From Octopus sinensis (taxonomy: Eukaryota), in contig NC_043002.1 of assembly GCF_006345805.1 (NCBI RefSeq), positions 9,424,001-9,488,000 on the forward strand: a DNA stretch of 64,000 bases. Reading direction: 5' to 3'. The position numbers and the translations under genes are program-made. Position 1 is the stretch's first letter. Each line of letters opens with the position of its first letter. Positions 50,401 to 63,652 of the stretch are shown in pieces. The notes below the pieces were generated by a model that ran no database searches, was not told where the DNA came from, and worked only from the letters and a program-made list of their open reading frames with translations.

Positions 50401-52670
50401 GTGACTCTCGGCAAAGTATGGTGGAATGCTGTGAAGGGCTGATTTACAGCTACAGAGGTTGAAGAGGTGCTGGTTGAGTGCGCCAGGAACAAGTTGCTGG
50501 GGATAAATGGTCTACCCTATGAATTTTATTGCAGCATGCTGGACCTGTTCGGGCACTTACTGCCCTGCGTCTACACAAATTGGTAGCAGAATGGGAGGAT
50601 TCCCAGCTCTGTGAGTCAGGGAGTGGTGATGCCAATCAGAAAAGAACCAAGCAAGGCAGACCATATTAGTAATTTTAGGCCCATAATTCTACTTAATGTA
50701 GAGTTGAAGATTTTGGTCAAGGTGCTAGTTAAGAAGTTGGTGTGTGTTGTAGAGAAACTTGTTTGGAGGGTGCAGACATGCACAATCCAGGACAAATTCT
50801 ATCTCCTGCGCTACACCTTAGAGAGGGTGGGTAAGTTATCCAGTAAAGGTGGGGCACTAGTCCATTTAGACCAGAGTAAAGCTTTTGATAGGGTAGACCA
50901 CCAGTGCCTGGCGGTGGTCCTCGAGGCAGCTGGGCTAGGCCCGGACTTCCTTGGTTGGATCACTGCCGTTTATGGTGGCATTAAATCCACACTCCAAATA
51001 AACAGTTACCTGTTGGTGCTGTTTAAGATCAAGTGCTTGGTTCGTTAAGGGTGCCCCCTGTCTCCACTTCTGTATTTACTGGCACTTGAGCCATGTTGCG
51101 GAAGCTGGAGAGTTTGTGGGGGCATCCCCAATGAAATGGGATGTTGTAAATCTGTTTCTGCATATGTAGATGGCGTTACCATCACTGTGTCTGATGAAGC
51201 TCAGCTACCCTGTGTAGAGGATGCAATGAAAGGATACGAGGCGGTGGCAGGGGCAAAAATTAACAAGTTCAAGTCCATTGGCTTGTGGCTCGGCACCTGG
51301 AGTGACAAGACAATAACGTCCAGTGTTGTGGGGCACTGGCCAGAGGTCCTGTTAAGTTTTTTGGAGTCTGGTTTGGACCGGATTCCCAGATGGAGAAGAA
51401 TTGGAGTGAGGTGGCAGATTGGGTGGAGGCCCTTATCCAGACCTGGTCTGGAAGGGTGCTATCCCTGAAAAGGGAGGGTTGAGATGGTGCAGGGGTATAT
51501 TGCATCTGTTATCACCTACCGTCTGACCGTTGTCCCTTGCTCTGATTCGTGGCTAAGCAAGTTGTCATAACTTCTCTTCTGCTTTTTGTGGAGGGGAGGA
51601 AAACTGTTTGTGAGGTGCTGTTTGCTGCCAAGAACCGCTAAAAGGTGGGTTAGAGATGCCACGACTAATGATACGCAGGCATGTGCTGAGGCTAGGACAC
51701 CTCTGGCTCTGTCTGGATGGTGACCAAGTGTGGAATTTGCTGGTGTAAAGATTCTGACCGTGACTGGTATTCTTGGAGGAACTCAAACCCAACTTCATTA
51801 AAGGATGTAACATGACTGAATGGGGAAAAGGAGTGCCGATGGGCACTCGTGCTAATCCATGGGGTGGGCAGGGCCAGCAGTGAGGGTACTACTTCGGTAT
51901 TCTGTAGAGGGCTCATGGAGTTTAAGAGGGATGACATCCTGGGAGAGGGTCTGGGGTTTAATGAGGGCCAGCTAGCCAACCTGTTTCAAAGAACTTTTGG
52001 GCCAAGGTACCTGGATAGCTACCAGAAGTCCCTGACCCAGGAGTGCTGTGGAAGTGCATTGCCTGTTCATGAGAAAATGTCTAGGCATAGATTGTCTGTG
52101 CCACAAGCATGCCCAGGTTGTATGCAGGACGATGAAGCTGTTCTGCATGCCTTTGTGCAGTGCCCAGGGCTTTTGGGCTTGATAACTTATGTTGAGCATG
52201 CGATGTTGCATCTGGGAAGAGTGCAGCTGTCTGCTGAGTCCATGATCGAGATTGTGCTGCCGCCCGGACTCTCAGGGTGGGGCATGTTTTTTGTGCAGTG
52301 TTGAAGGATTGTGTGTGGAGGGCTGGAATGAAGGGTGTCACGATGGAAATTTTCATCTCTTGGCCTGGGGTGCTGTATTGCTTTGGATATCATCTGAGGA
52401 GTGGGATGTGGCTGGAGAGGAGACGCCTGTTGTGAGGTGTATTTGTGAAAAGATGGAAGGATGTGGCAAGGAAGTTGGGTATGAATGACCCTACTTAATC
52501 TCATCCATGGTAGAAAAGTACGGTGTAGCCGTTGGGCTTCATGGCTAAGGGAAAACTTGTAAATTTTTAAAATATAACATTAATCATCATATTTTTAAAA
52601 CCACTTTAAAAAGAACTCATAAACGCACCTTTTGTTTGTAATGTCCTGTGTTGTCCCATCATAATAAAGA
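47480..52670 (+). mobile_element. Near full-length degenerate Tx1/L1-clade LINE (ORF1 + ORF2)
   Basis: ORF1 has knuckle CFNCGEKGHIHSEC. ORF2 starts at ATG 48628 (MEIKLVSVNAHG once the SINE is removed) and has GDFN, NFRPIILLN, DQSKAFDRV, *GCPLSPLL, YVDG and a C-terminal CPGC..H...C finger. AATAAA at about 52662. Confidence 0.85.
48647..49181 (-). mobile_element. Trimeric tRNA-derived SINE inserted at the start of ORF2
   Basis: One head and three tail units; 15-bp TSD agattaagctagtgt at 48632-48646 and 49182-49196. Confidence 0.88.
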
Positions 52671-52864
52671 ATCACCTCTTATGTAGATTTTATGAACAAG
52701 TGTCAAAAACTCAAAACATCGAATCCTGAGATTCCTGAGAGATGTTGACACTGAACGAACTGGGTGTTTTCACATCTTTTTACCATAAATGAGATTTTTT
52801 TCTCCATGGTAACTGCATTGTATTTGCTTTTAGCAGTTGAAATATGTGACAAAGTTGCTTCAAC

Positions 52865-53593
52865 AAACCTTCGAACATTAGGCCTCACTGAGGCAATGAC
52901 TAAACGACTGAGACCTTTGGAAATATGCTGTGTGTGAGAAGACCCAGTAGGACAAGTGAGGCCATCCCATGGCCTTTGCCAGGGATGTAGCCAGTCCACT
53001 TATGCATGCCTTTCCTTCTTTGGACACGCAAAGACCTGTTGAGACAAGTGAAGTCAAAATTGAATTCGAAATCGAACCTCATCCGACGACTGGCACCCAT
53101 GCCAACCTCTTTTCATTGGACACTAAACTCTACTTGCGAAGACCTGTTGGGGCAAGTGAAATTGGAATCAAAATTGAACCAAATCCTATGACTGGCACCC
53201 AGCAGTTGCCAGTGCCACTGGACTGACTCCTGTGCAGGTGGCAAGTAAAGAAACACTGTTTTGACCCTGCGTTTGAGGAGACCTTATTGAGTCAAGTACA
53301 TCAACATCAAAAATCAATGGAAATTATAGTTGTGATCCTTGTGCCAGTGGAACGTAAAAAGCACCAACCGATCGTGGCCATTGCCAGCCTTGCCTGGCAT
53401 CTATATTGGTGGCACCTAAAAAGCACCCACTACACTCATGGAGTGGTTGGTGTTAGGAAGGGCATCCAGCTGTAGAAAACTATGCCAAATCAGATTGGAG
53501 CCTGGTGCTGCCTCCTGGCTTCCCAGACCCCAGTCGAACCGTCCAACCCATGCTAGCATGGAAAACGGATGTTAAACGATGATGATGATGATG
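52865..53593 (+). mobile_element. RTE-LINE 3' end (last codons, 3' UTR, (GAT)n)
   Basis: LGLTEAMT homology to 9560, followed by the family tail. Confidence 0.88.
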
Positions 53594-54060
53594 ATATATA
53601 TATAGGTTATGAGAGGTAATGGTGTTAGTAAGACCCAAAGGTGTCAGGTAATGCTGAGTAAGTGCTCTGGATAGGCCATAGTTAAGCTCCAGGTTTGGTG
53701 ATTGGTGATTATGCGAATAAGGAGTCCAAAATAAGTCATATATCAGTGTGTGCATATATAAAAAATTTTTTTTCAGAAGAGGTCAATGCTCAACCTGCAG
53801 AATTTGCCTGAAGGTGCTTAACTCTGCTTCTTACTTTTTTGTTACCTATTTAATTAAAGACATGCAAGCGTAATCCATGAGTCTCCCATTGTTATTATAT
53901 CCATTTTCTTCTCCTATATAACCTAAACTCCGGTTCACCAACCGAACCACTTGCTACTGTACAATCTTTCAGAAAACTGTACCTACCCAGCTAATAGCAA
54001 GGAGAGTGACTTTATATTTAATTATCCCTTACAGGTATTAAACTCCTCTAACTTGATACC

Positions 54061-54094
<34 letters not shown>

Positions 54095-54370
54095 TATTTA
54101 TATTATATAGAGGGCATTACTATACATAAATGCCACACGCTAGGAGGGACTCTTAAAATATATATTTATATATCTTTATATATAAAGCTGAAGTTGTCTG
54201 TGTGTGGCAGGTTTGGTAGCCTTCAACTAACACTATCTCCTCCGGGACCCTGTGGTGCAAGTTGACCAAAATTGAGAGTATGATAGAAGAAAGCTTGCTC
54301 TTCATTCCGTAGAACAAAAAATTCAAATCAGACCATGTTAAGACCAAAAATTATTTACATCGCACCCACA

Positions 54371-54543
54371 AAGCACCCACTACACTCATGGAGTGGTTGG
54401 CATTAGGAAGGGCACCCAGCTGTAGAAACTCTACCAGATCAAGACTGAAGCCTGGTGCAGCCATCTGGTTCGCCAGCCCTCAGTCATACGTCCAACCCAT
54501 GCTAGCATGGAAAGCGGACGTTAAACAATGATGATGATGATGA
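54371..54543 (+). mobile_element. RTE-LINE 3' end
   Basis: Family tail plus (GAT)n. Confidence 0.85.
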
Positions 54544-54941
54544 TAACACCAAATGCACCAATTATTATTGATGTAAATGTGAATTCACAATCTGGATATA
54601 GAAGCTGGACGTTTTGAAGCAGTTGTCCATAGTTATCCTCTTTCTCTTTGATTTCAAAGGTACATTCATATCAGCAGGTCAACTGACCCCTATAAAGGCA
54701 CATATCTTTTCTTGTCTGTCCCAAACAACAATATCTGTTTTCTTATGTTTACACTTGACAGATGTTTCCATGGAAATCATCCAGCAGTGTTCCTTGTGTT
54801 GATGTATTTAATAACAGGAGTATTCTCTAAATTTATTCTGGGATAGTCTTTTTTCTGAATGGCATTGTATATTGTTTTTGTAACAATGTCCTGTCACACA
54901 GGGCTAGTCATATGTATGATGTCTTCCACATAAATATGATA

Positions 54942-55175
54942 TCTATTTCTTTACTACCCACAAGGGGCTAAACACAGAGAGGACAAATAAGGACAGACAA
55001 AGGGATTAAGACGATTACACCAACCCCAGTGCATAACTGGTACTTAATTTATCGACCCCGAAAGGATGAAAGGCAAAGTCGGCCTCGGTGGAATTTGAAC
55101 TTGGAACGTAATGACAGACGAAATACGGCTACGCATTTCGCCCGGCATGCTAACATTTCTGCCAGCTCGCTGCCT
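54942..55175 (-). mobile_element. tRNA-derived SINE (family of 28992-29232)
   Basis: Full-length match; aaatatgatat is duplicated in the flanks. Confidence 0.88.
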
Positions 55176-55837
55176 TCCACAGAAATATGATATGATTTAC
55201 ATTTTTGGTGGCATCTTGGAACTCCAAGAGCTTTACTGACCCTTTTGCTTGCTTTGGATTTGAAGTGTAATGTGATGTAATGGACATGAGTCCAAGAGAG
55301 GCTGTGTTTCATGTCGATATTACTGTCTTCTTCAAGTCTTTAGGAAAAGACTTGAAGACTACCCATGCATAGTCTTTTTTTGGCATGCTGAGCATTTCAC
55401 ATCCAGGTATTCTTTGCCGTATGTTAGTCTGGCAATTGTATGGAAGGTCATCATGAAGTTAGTCTGGCAGTTGTATGGAAGGTCATCATGAAGAATGTGA
55501 TTCCTGAGGAGCTCACAGCCAACATATAGGATATTGTTTTCTTCACTTTGCATTATGGATAAAGCTGGAACATCATCCCCTAATGTAGAGACTATATCAG
55601 TATGAAAGTCCTAAGGTGGGGGCTAAACCCTTTTTCTTTAGGTACTTGAAAAGGCCATAATGTCCATTTTCAAGTGAAGTAGCGACTACTTTTTAAAAAG
55701 TTTTCATTGAACAGTCAGATGTCAATGCAATTATTAATAAGAAAAGTTTAAATTAATGCCTGCAAGATTTCATAATTCTAGCATTACTCCTTCCTAGTCA
55801 GCCTATAAACTTTTCATCCCACACTCTTATTTATTTT

Positions 55838-56195
55838 TGCTGCTGTTGCTGTTGAGCGAAGCGGTCTTCGTCCCAGAGCTCGCAAGATCGCACCTCTATA
55901 GTGGGAGAAGTCCGAAACGTGGTCCTTTGCTATTCGTAAGACCTGCAGAAGAGGAAGCAGGTCAACCCCCGACACCGAGAACATCGCCGGATGGATGAAT
56001 GTGCATCCAGGCTCAGCGGTTGCATAGGAAGTCGGGGACAAGAAACAGGAAGAAAGAGTGAGAGAAAGTTGGGGCGAAAGAGTACAACAGGGGTCGCCAC
56101 CCCCCACTGCTGGAGTCTTGTGGAGCTTTTAGGTGTTTTTGCTCAATAAACACACACAACGCCTGGTCTGGGAATTGAAACTACGATCCTCCAAC
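55838..56195 (-). mobile_element. tRNA-derived SINE (family of 61843-62221)
   Basis: High similarity to 59401-59706 and 61843-62221. Confidence 0.85.
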
Positions 56196-57135
56196 TGTGT
56201 GCTGTTGTTTAGGAAGTGCTGTCTAAAAGAGACTATACAACATTCGAAGATTGTCAGCACTGATCTCAATCCTCTTCCTCTTTCATCTCTTCTTAAGTAT
56301 GACCTGTAGAGATTTCCAGTTGATGTCAGTATCTTGCAGGTTTTCACATCTATTGAGAGGATTTCGTCTTCAGACCAGTCAAATATTCCAAATGTTGGAA
56401 ACAGCGCTTGTTGTAAGAGGAGAGTTCCAACAGACATATTTTTCTAAGTCTTGTATAATATTTTTGGATCACTCAATCTTTATTCAATATAACCTTCTTA
56501 ACTGTAGGTATGTATATATGTAATGTATGTATGTATGTATGTCAGGTCACTTATGAGGCTCTCATAAGTGCTACTGGTAACATGGAATCCAGTACAAACT
56601 GTTGCATGGTCGAGTTGCCAGCGACTAAACCGGCACCCCACCAAGCTACCCTGGTGTGGAGGGTCGCTAAAAACCCAGCAGAATTAAAAACAAGAGCTGT
56701 TGAAAAGTCAGATGAACCTAGTGCAGGCTCAATGGTTATCTAGCAATAGCACGGGTACGCAGAAAATCCTGGATGGTGTCTGGTATGCTAGAAGACCACT
56801 GGGAGTGAGGCACCCCTCAGCTTCTGTTGAAAAATGTCTCTTGGAGAAGGTCACTCTGATATAGAACATAACATGCAGGGAATGGCATTGGTGATTTGGG
56901 GATCTTTGGTTTGTGCCAGAGATCATGGTGCTCCCACATCCTTGAGCCTGTGACTCATATTGACACCAGACATCTCGCTTTGGCTTGTCTCTGGATAATA
57001 TCAATAGAGTGGAGAGGGTCTATGAGGTGTTGTACAAGTCTTATTGGATCTAAAACTCTGCACAGGCATTACTGACTTCTGCTCAATATGTGATGCTTTT
57101 TTTTCTTTCCCTATATATATATTTATTTTCTGTTG

Positions 57136-57336
57136 TGTCTGGGGATAGTCATTTTCTTTTTGTGCCTTATAATGTAACACACTCACCGGTAAAATTTCCA
57201 TGTTTTTCTTATTTTTATTGTCCTAAAATTTTCGTTGCGTCTTGCAACCTTTTCAATAGTTTTGACTATTTTGGAAATTTTACTGGTGAGTGTGTTACAT
57301 AATAAGGCACAAAAAGAAAATGACTCTCCCCAGACA
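57136..57336. repeat. 65-bp inverted repeat, probably Penelope pLTR-derived
   Basis: Arms 57136-57200 and 57272-57336 with 3 mismatches; 71-nt spacer. Confidence 0.85.
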
Positions 57337-58175
57337 ATAGAATATGCTTCAACACACAAACTCATATAAAGAATCTTGCAAACCAAATCCAAAAACGAAA
57401 TTTATTTATTTTATTTTCAGTATATATGTATCTTTATTTTTAATATATATTCATTTTATCTGGAAGTTCTGTGGCAAAGGGAAGGTTGCGAAACATACAG
57501 ACCTGATGGGTTGGAAGCATGTAGTGAGCGACCTGCATGTAGGCAGCCCATCCTAGATATAAAGTCATCTCCTTGTCACCCAAGGCAGCAATAGGATTTG
57601 GTTGCTGCATGGGTGTCTGAGCAGCTCCATTTGGAGAGGGCACTGCTCATCTGGAGGTTGGGGAGGTTCTAGAAAAGGTGAACCAAAAATTGCTTGTCTT
57701 TCTATATATGGTCAGTTTAGCATGACTGATGGATGTCCACCCTGCGCTTGAAAAACAAAGAGACTTTTTTTTTTTTACAAAATCTGAATGGAACTTGAAC
57801 ATTTCATGTTGGAATGTCCACACTCTGTTGGATAACAACAGTGATTGTAGGTCTCAAAGATGCACTTGTTGCTCATGAGCTGAACCCCTATAACATTGAT
57901 ATAGCTGCACTTTCAGAGACTCGCAGAGAAGGTGATGGTCAGCTTGAGGAAGTAGGAGTGGATACATCCTTTTTTTGGGGAGGCTGAAGGAGGAGTGCAG
58001 AGAGGCTGGTGTTGGCTTTGCAGTTTGATCTGAAATCCTTAAGAAGTTAGGGGAGCTTCCTGTGCTTATAAATGAACGTCTAATGACTCTACAATTGCAC
58101 CTGAAAGGTGGGCGGTTTGCTTCTCTAATAAGTGCCTATGCACCTACTTTGACTAGTTGCAATGAAGATAAAACT

Positions 58176-58902
58176 TTATTTACATTTGACAGATATTTGT
58201 CCTCATCTTATTTGTTGTTAACACAAAGCTTCGGCTGGTATACCCTCCAGCCTTCATCAGATGTCTTGGGGAAATTTCGAACCTGGGTTCTCATTCCTAA
58301 GGTATTTTTTCGATGTTGTTATTATTATTATTATTCAGGTGGTTAAGAGCACGGGCTATTAACCCCAAGATTCCGAGTTCGATCCGAATCGTGGCCGATG
58401 CCAGCGCTGCCTCGACTGGCTTCCGTGTCGGTGGCACGTAATAAGCACCATCCGAATCGTGGCCGAAGCCAGTGCCGCCTCAACTGGCTTCCGTGCAGGT
58501 GGCACGTAAAAAGCACCCACTACACTCACCGAGTGGTTGGCGTTAGGAAGGGCATCCAGCTGTAGAAACATTGCCAGATAAGACCGGAGCCTGGTGCAGC
58601 CTCCTGGCTTCCCAGATCCCCGGTCGAACCGTCCAGCCCATGCTAGCATGGAGAACGGACGTTAAACTATGATAATGATGATGATGGTGATGATGATGAT
58701 TCCAGGCAGTGACCTAAATAATAATAATAACATTGAAAAAATACCTTAGGAATGAGAACCCAAGTTCAAAATTTCCCTAAGTCACCTGAAGAAGGCTGGA
58801 GGGAATATCAGCTGAAACATTGTGTTAACAACAAACAAGGTGAGGACAAATATCCATCAAATGTAAATAATGTTAATAATGTACATAATTCCTCATCTCT
58901 TA
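58176..58902 (+). mobile_element. tRNA-headed, hammerhead-motif-bearing Penelope-type non-autonomous element with 5' inverted copy
   Basis: 15-bp TSD aatgaagataaaact at 58161-58175 and 58903-58917. Segment 58176-58340 is the reverse complement of about 58712-58870. An RTE tail is nested at about 58384-58700. Confidence 0.75.
58779..58827 (+). ncRNA. Degenerate minimal type I hammerhead ribozyme motif
   Basis: gtcac CTGAAGA a ggctgg-agggaata-tcagct GAAA catt gtgtt. The inverted copy at 58220-58267 reads gacat CTGATGA a ggctgg..ccagcc GAAG. Confidence 0.5.
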
Positions 58903-59400
58903 AATGAAGATAAAACTATTTTTTATACCCAGCTGAGAGCCATACTTAGGAAAATTCCCAATTCTGATAAAGTCATTCTATTGGGGGATTTCAATGCCAG
59001 GGTTGGAACAGATTGGCAAATATGGAACTCTCTAGGATGTTTTGGTGTAGGGAAAATGAATAGCAATGGTCTCATGCTACTGGAGCTTTACGAAGAACGT
59101 GGACTTTACATCGCAAGCACTCATTTTATGCACAAAGGGGATCACACAACAACGTGGATGCATCCAAGGTCTAAAGTTTGGCACTTGCTGGATTATGTCA
59201 TCGTCCGCTAGCACGACACTTAGGACATTGCAAATGTCAAGTCCTTTCATGGATCAGAATGCTGGACAGACCACAGTCTGGTGCGAGCAAAGATATATGA
59301 TGCTGTGTTGAGGAAAGAGCTTCAGTATGGGAAGAGCACAGTATGAGGAAAGAGCATAGTATGGGAAGATTTTCGAGACCAGGTTCTTCAAGGTGCTGCT

Positions 59401-59706
59401 GTTGCTGTTGAGCGAACGGTCTTCTGTAGTGGGAGAAGTCTGAAACGTGGTCCTTTGCTATTCGTAAGACCCGCAGAAGAGAAAGCAGGTCAACACCCGA
59501 CACCGAGAGCATTGAAGGATGGATGAATGCACATCCAGGCTCAGCGGTTGCGTAGGAAGTCAGGGACAAGAAACAGGAAGAAAGAGTGAGAGAAAGTTGG
59601 GGTGAAAGAGTACAACAGGGGTTGCCACCACCCTCTGCCAGAGCCTCATGGAACTTTTAGGTGTTTCGCTCAATAAAAACACACAATGCCCGGTCTGGGA
59701 ATCGAA
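59401..59706 (-). mobile_element. tRNA-derived SINE, head-truncated
   Basis: tcaaggtgctgct is duplicated on both sides; family of 61843-62221. Confidence 0.85.
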
Positions 59707-61842
59707 TCAAGGTGCTGCTTAAACACTGGGATATGCTACTGCCAGACACACAGACTGGTTTGATGAAAATGATGCTAAGGTTCAGCAACTATTGGTTGTA
59801 AAGCACCATGCCCACAATGTATTGCTGTACAGAGGACTTTCAGCTGTGCAGCAAAATCTAGCACTTGCCCATTATAGCAGCGTAAAATCACTACTGCAGC
59901 GATCTCTCAGGAAGATGCAGAACACTTGGTGGGAGGATCTTGCTTGTGATGTTCAGGAAGAAACTTTACCATCTTATGAAGCAAGTTTATGGGCCTAAGA
60001 GCTCTGCATCAGCTTTTTTGCTTTTGAAGGAGTCTTCTACTCTGTTTACTAAATCAACAGAAATCACAGGTCGCTGGATTGAACAATTCCCTGAACTTAT
60101 GAACCATGAGTCAGTTGTGGATGAAACAGTGATTGATACTATGCACCAAAGACCCATCATTGGCCCCTTAAATTCCATGCCCTCAATAGATGAGGTAATG
60201 ACAGCAATAAGTAAATTGAATCTTAGTAGGGCACCTGGAAGGGATGGAATTTGGCTGAGGTCTTGTGATTTGGTGTGATTACATCATACAGTCCCTTCAT
60301 GAACTTATTAGTGTTGTCTGGAGGGATGGTGCAATGCCTAAGGACTGGAAGGATGTAATTATTCTCCCTCTCTATAAAGGAAAAGGAGCCAGAACAATGT
60401 GAGGTAACTACAGAGGTATTGCTCTATTATCAGTTGCTGGCAAGGTTCTGGCAAATATTCTTCTTACCTGGCTGAATGGATGTCTCATAAATGATGTCCT
60501 GTCTGAATCTCAGTGTGGCTTCCGATCTGGTAGAGGGACAATGGATATGATTTTCACAGCAAGACAGATGCAGGAGAAGTGCTATGAGCAGAATATGGAT
60601 CTTGTCCAGACATTCATTGATTTAATCAAGGCCTTTGATACTGTGAATAGGGCCTTGCTATGGAAAATACTTGGCAAACTTGGATGTCCAGATCACTTTG
60701 TCTCTATGATTAAATAATTTCATGAAGGTCAATGTTGGTAGTGGCATGGCAGGACCCATTCCTGAAGAGAATGGTGTAAAGCAGGGTGACATCCTTGGCC
60801 CAGCTCTCTTTTCTTTGTACTTTGCTGTTGCTTTTACTTATGCTTTGGCTAAGGTTAGTTCTCTGGGAATATATGTTAGGTATCGATCTGCTGGCTGCTC
60901 TTTAATCTGCACCGATTTACTGCCAATTCAAAAGTTTTCCAGTCTCTTATTCGTGACTTCCTTTACGCAGATGACTGTGACTTAGTCACTCGTACAGTGG
61001 ATAACATGCAAGTACTTATGAATCGTATTTCTGCTTCTTGCAAGACATTTAGACTCAGCATTAGCCTAGACAAGACTGTTGTAATGTTCCAGCCTGCACC
61101 AGGAAATCCATATGTGGAACCAGCTATCTTGGTTGAAAGAACAATACTGAAAGTGGTAGACAAGTTTGTCTACCCGGGCAGCACACTCAGCTGTTCTTGT
61201 TCCCTGGATGATGAAATATTTTTTAGGCTGCAAGAGAGCAACTGATACCCTCCAGTCTCTTCAGCTTCATTTCTGGCACCAGCATTGTATCACAAGGCAA
61301 ACAAAAATTGCTGTGTACCATGCATGTGTACTGGCATTGCTCCTTTACTCCATGTGAGGCATGGACTCTTTACAAATGTCATGTAAAGGTCCTTGAATGT
61401 TTTCATCAGAGATGTCTGAGACACATGCTGAATGTTGGCTGGACCGTAAGTACTCCAGACACACAGGTCCTGAAGAAAGCTATCCTGAGGCGATTGTGCA
61501 CAAGCACCGGTTATGTTGGACTGGACACCTTATTAGAATGAAGGATAGCAGGATCCCTAAACTGATGTTATATGGGGAACTGTGTCAAGTCCTTGTTAAA
61601 GGCCTGTGATATGCCAGAGACTGATTAGGACTAGGTGAGCAATGCCACAGATGGAGGAAGCAGGTTAAGGAAGGGGTTGACACCTTTGAGAGAACATTTA
61701 TTCTTCATGAAGAACTTAAGTGTGCTGCTCGAAAGCAGACAGCAGGTGTAGTGAATAGGGAAAGCTTGGTTTGCAATGTTTGCAGTGGTGTATGCTTGTC
61801 AAGAGCAGGGCTCATCAGCCACCAATGAAGCTGCAAATGCAA

Positions 61843-62221
61843 GTGGAGGTGCAATGGCCCAATGGCTAGAGCAGCAGACACGCGGTCGGAGGATCGTGGT
61901 TTCGATTCCCAGACCGGGCATCGTGTGTGTTTATTGAGTGAAAACACCCAAAGCTCCACGAAGCTCCGGCAGGGGGTGGTGACGACCCCTGTTGTACTCT
62001 TTCGCTCCAACTTTCTCTCACTTTTTCTTCCTGTTTCTTGTCCCCGACTTCCTACGCAACCGCTGAGCCTGGATGCGCATTCATCCATCCGTCGATGCTC
62101 TCGGTATCGGGGGGTTGACCTGCTTTCTCTTCTGCGGGTCTTACAAATAGCAAAGGGCCATGTTTCGGACTTCTCCCATCTTGCGAGCTCTGGGACGAAG
62201 ACCATTCGCTCAACAGCAGCG
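61843..62221 (+). mobile_element. tRNA-derived SINE, full length
   Basis: Head gtggaggtgcaatggcccaatggctagagcagc...ggtttcgattccc with A and B boxes; (cag)n-like tail. Confidence 0.88.
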
Positions 62222-62313
62222 GCAAAATATAAGTCAGTCCTAGAGCGCACAATGTTCCTAAAGGTCAGCAATGGTCTTCCTCAGTCACAAGTGGATGGCC
62301 ATCATCATCATCA

Positions 62314-62890
62314 TGCATGTATGTATGTATGTATTTATGTATGTATGTAGGTATGTATGTATGTATGTATGTAGGTATGTATGTATGTATGTATGTAGGT
62401 ATGTATGTATGTATGTATGTATGTATGTACGTATGTACGTATGTATGTATGTATGTATGTACGTACGTACATACGTACGTATGTATGTACGTACGTACGC
62501 ATGTATGTATGTATGTATCTGTGTGTGTGCATGTGCATGCATGTATGTATGTATGTATGTATGCATGTATGTATGTATGTATGTATGTATTATGTATGTA
62601 TGTATGTATGTATTATGTATGTATGTAGGTATGTATGTATGTATGTATGTAGGTATGTATGTATGTATGTATGTATGTATGTACGTATGTACGTATGTAT
62701 GTATGTATGTATGTACGTACGTACATACGTACGTATGTATGTACGTACGTACGCATGTATGTATGTATGTATGTATCTGTGTGTGTGCATGTGCATGCAT
62801 GTATGTATGTATGTATATATGCATGTATGTATGTGTGTGTGCATGTGCATGTATGTGTGTGTTCATGTGTATGCATGTATGTATATTTGA
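62314..62890. repeat. (TATG)n compound microsatellite with higher-order duplication
   Basis: The block gtacgtacgtacatacgt...ctgtgtgtgtgcatgtgcatgc is repeated about 255 bp apart. Confidence 0.95.
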
Positions 62891-63551
62891 ATCTCTTGAT
62901 ATCGCTCGATTGTTATTAACGAATGTCACTCATTTCATATATTCTGCAAATACATATTCTGGCTATGGGGGTAATATTACCTTGATTGCAAACTAGTAAG
63001 GGTCGGTGATAGGAAGGACACCATGCCATGGAAAAATCTGCTTCAATAAACTTCATTCGACCCATGCAGCATGAAGAAGTAGATGTTATAAGTCTAATAT
63101 TGATGATGATGATGATGATGAGTATGATGATGATGATGATGGTAGTGATGATGATATGTATGTGTTATCTAAGAAATGTTTAGATAACAAAGTACTGATA
63201 TAGATGCTAAAGAAATAGTTTTTATCTTAAATGGCAGCTAATTCTCACTCTGGTTTTATTAGATAAAGCTGACAGCAAGTCTTTTCATAGTTGTGAAATT
63301 CTTAAGTTTCTACACAAGCATCTAACATTGACCCACTAAAATGTAATAGATTCCACAATCTCCATAATAAAACTTTTGAAAAAATTAGGTCTGAAGGCAG
63401 TAGTATAAATTAAAAAAAAAATTTGCTCTTTACTTGAAAGATGGAAAGAAATATACAATCAAAATTTTCTAGGACAGGAAAGACCCTAAGTAAAAGGAAT
63501 TTTATGATTTTGTTTTCAATCTTAATGACACATTGGAAAAGATAACATTAA

Positions 63552-63552
<1 letters not shown>

Positions 63553-63596
<44 letters not shown>

Positions 63597-63606
63597 ATGG
63601 TGGTGG

Positions 63607-63637
<31 letters not shown>

Positions 63638-63652
63638 GATGAAGAAGAAGAA
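63553..63652. repeat. (GAT/GGT/GAA)n trinucleotide repeat
   Basis: Direct inspection. Confidence 0.9.

Larger units (their letters stand above)
54560..56490 (-). mobile_element. R4/Dong-like non-LTR retrotransposon fragments with nested SINEs
   Basis: PTFGIFDWS..EI..ID.KT.KIL..TGN...YLRR...GRGL.S in ORF 56129-56437; other segments are heavily decayed. Confidence 0.5.
57780..61835 (+). mobile_element. RTE-BovB-like LINE, near full-length ORF pseudogene with nested insertions
   Basis: WNV.TL, IAALSETR, ISAYAPT, LGDFNARVG, TWMHPRSK, QCGFR, D..KAFDTV, VKQG, YADD, L.WTGHLIRM and a terminal C..C...H zinc finger. Confidence 0.9.

Noticed and set aside
61843-61920. tRNA gene
   Set aside because: A and B boxes are present, but the sequence continues into a multi-copy SINE body with no intact cloverleaf. 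The same applies to the other SINE heads.
62271-62996. ORFs up to 241 aa of MYVC repeats
   Set aside because: (TATG)n microsatellite artefact.
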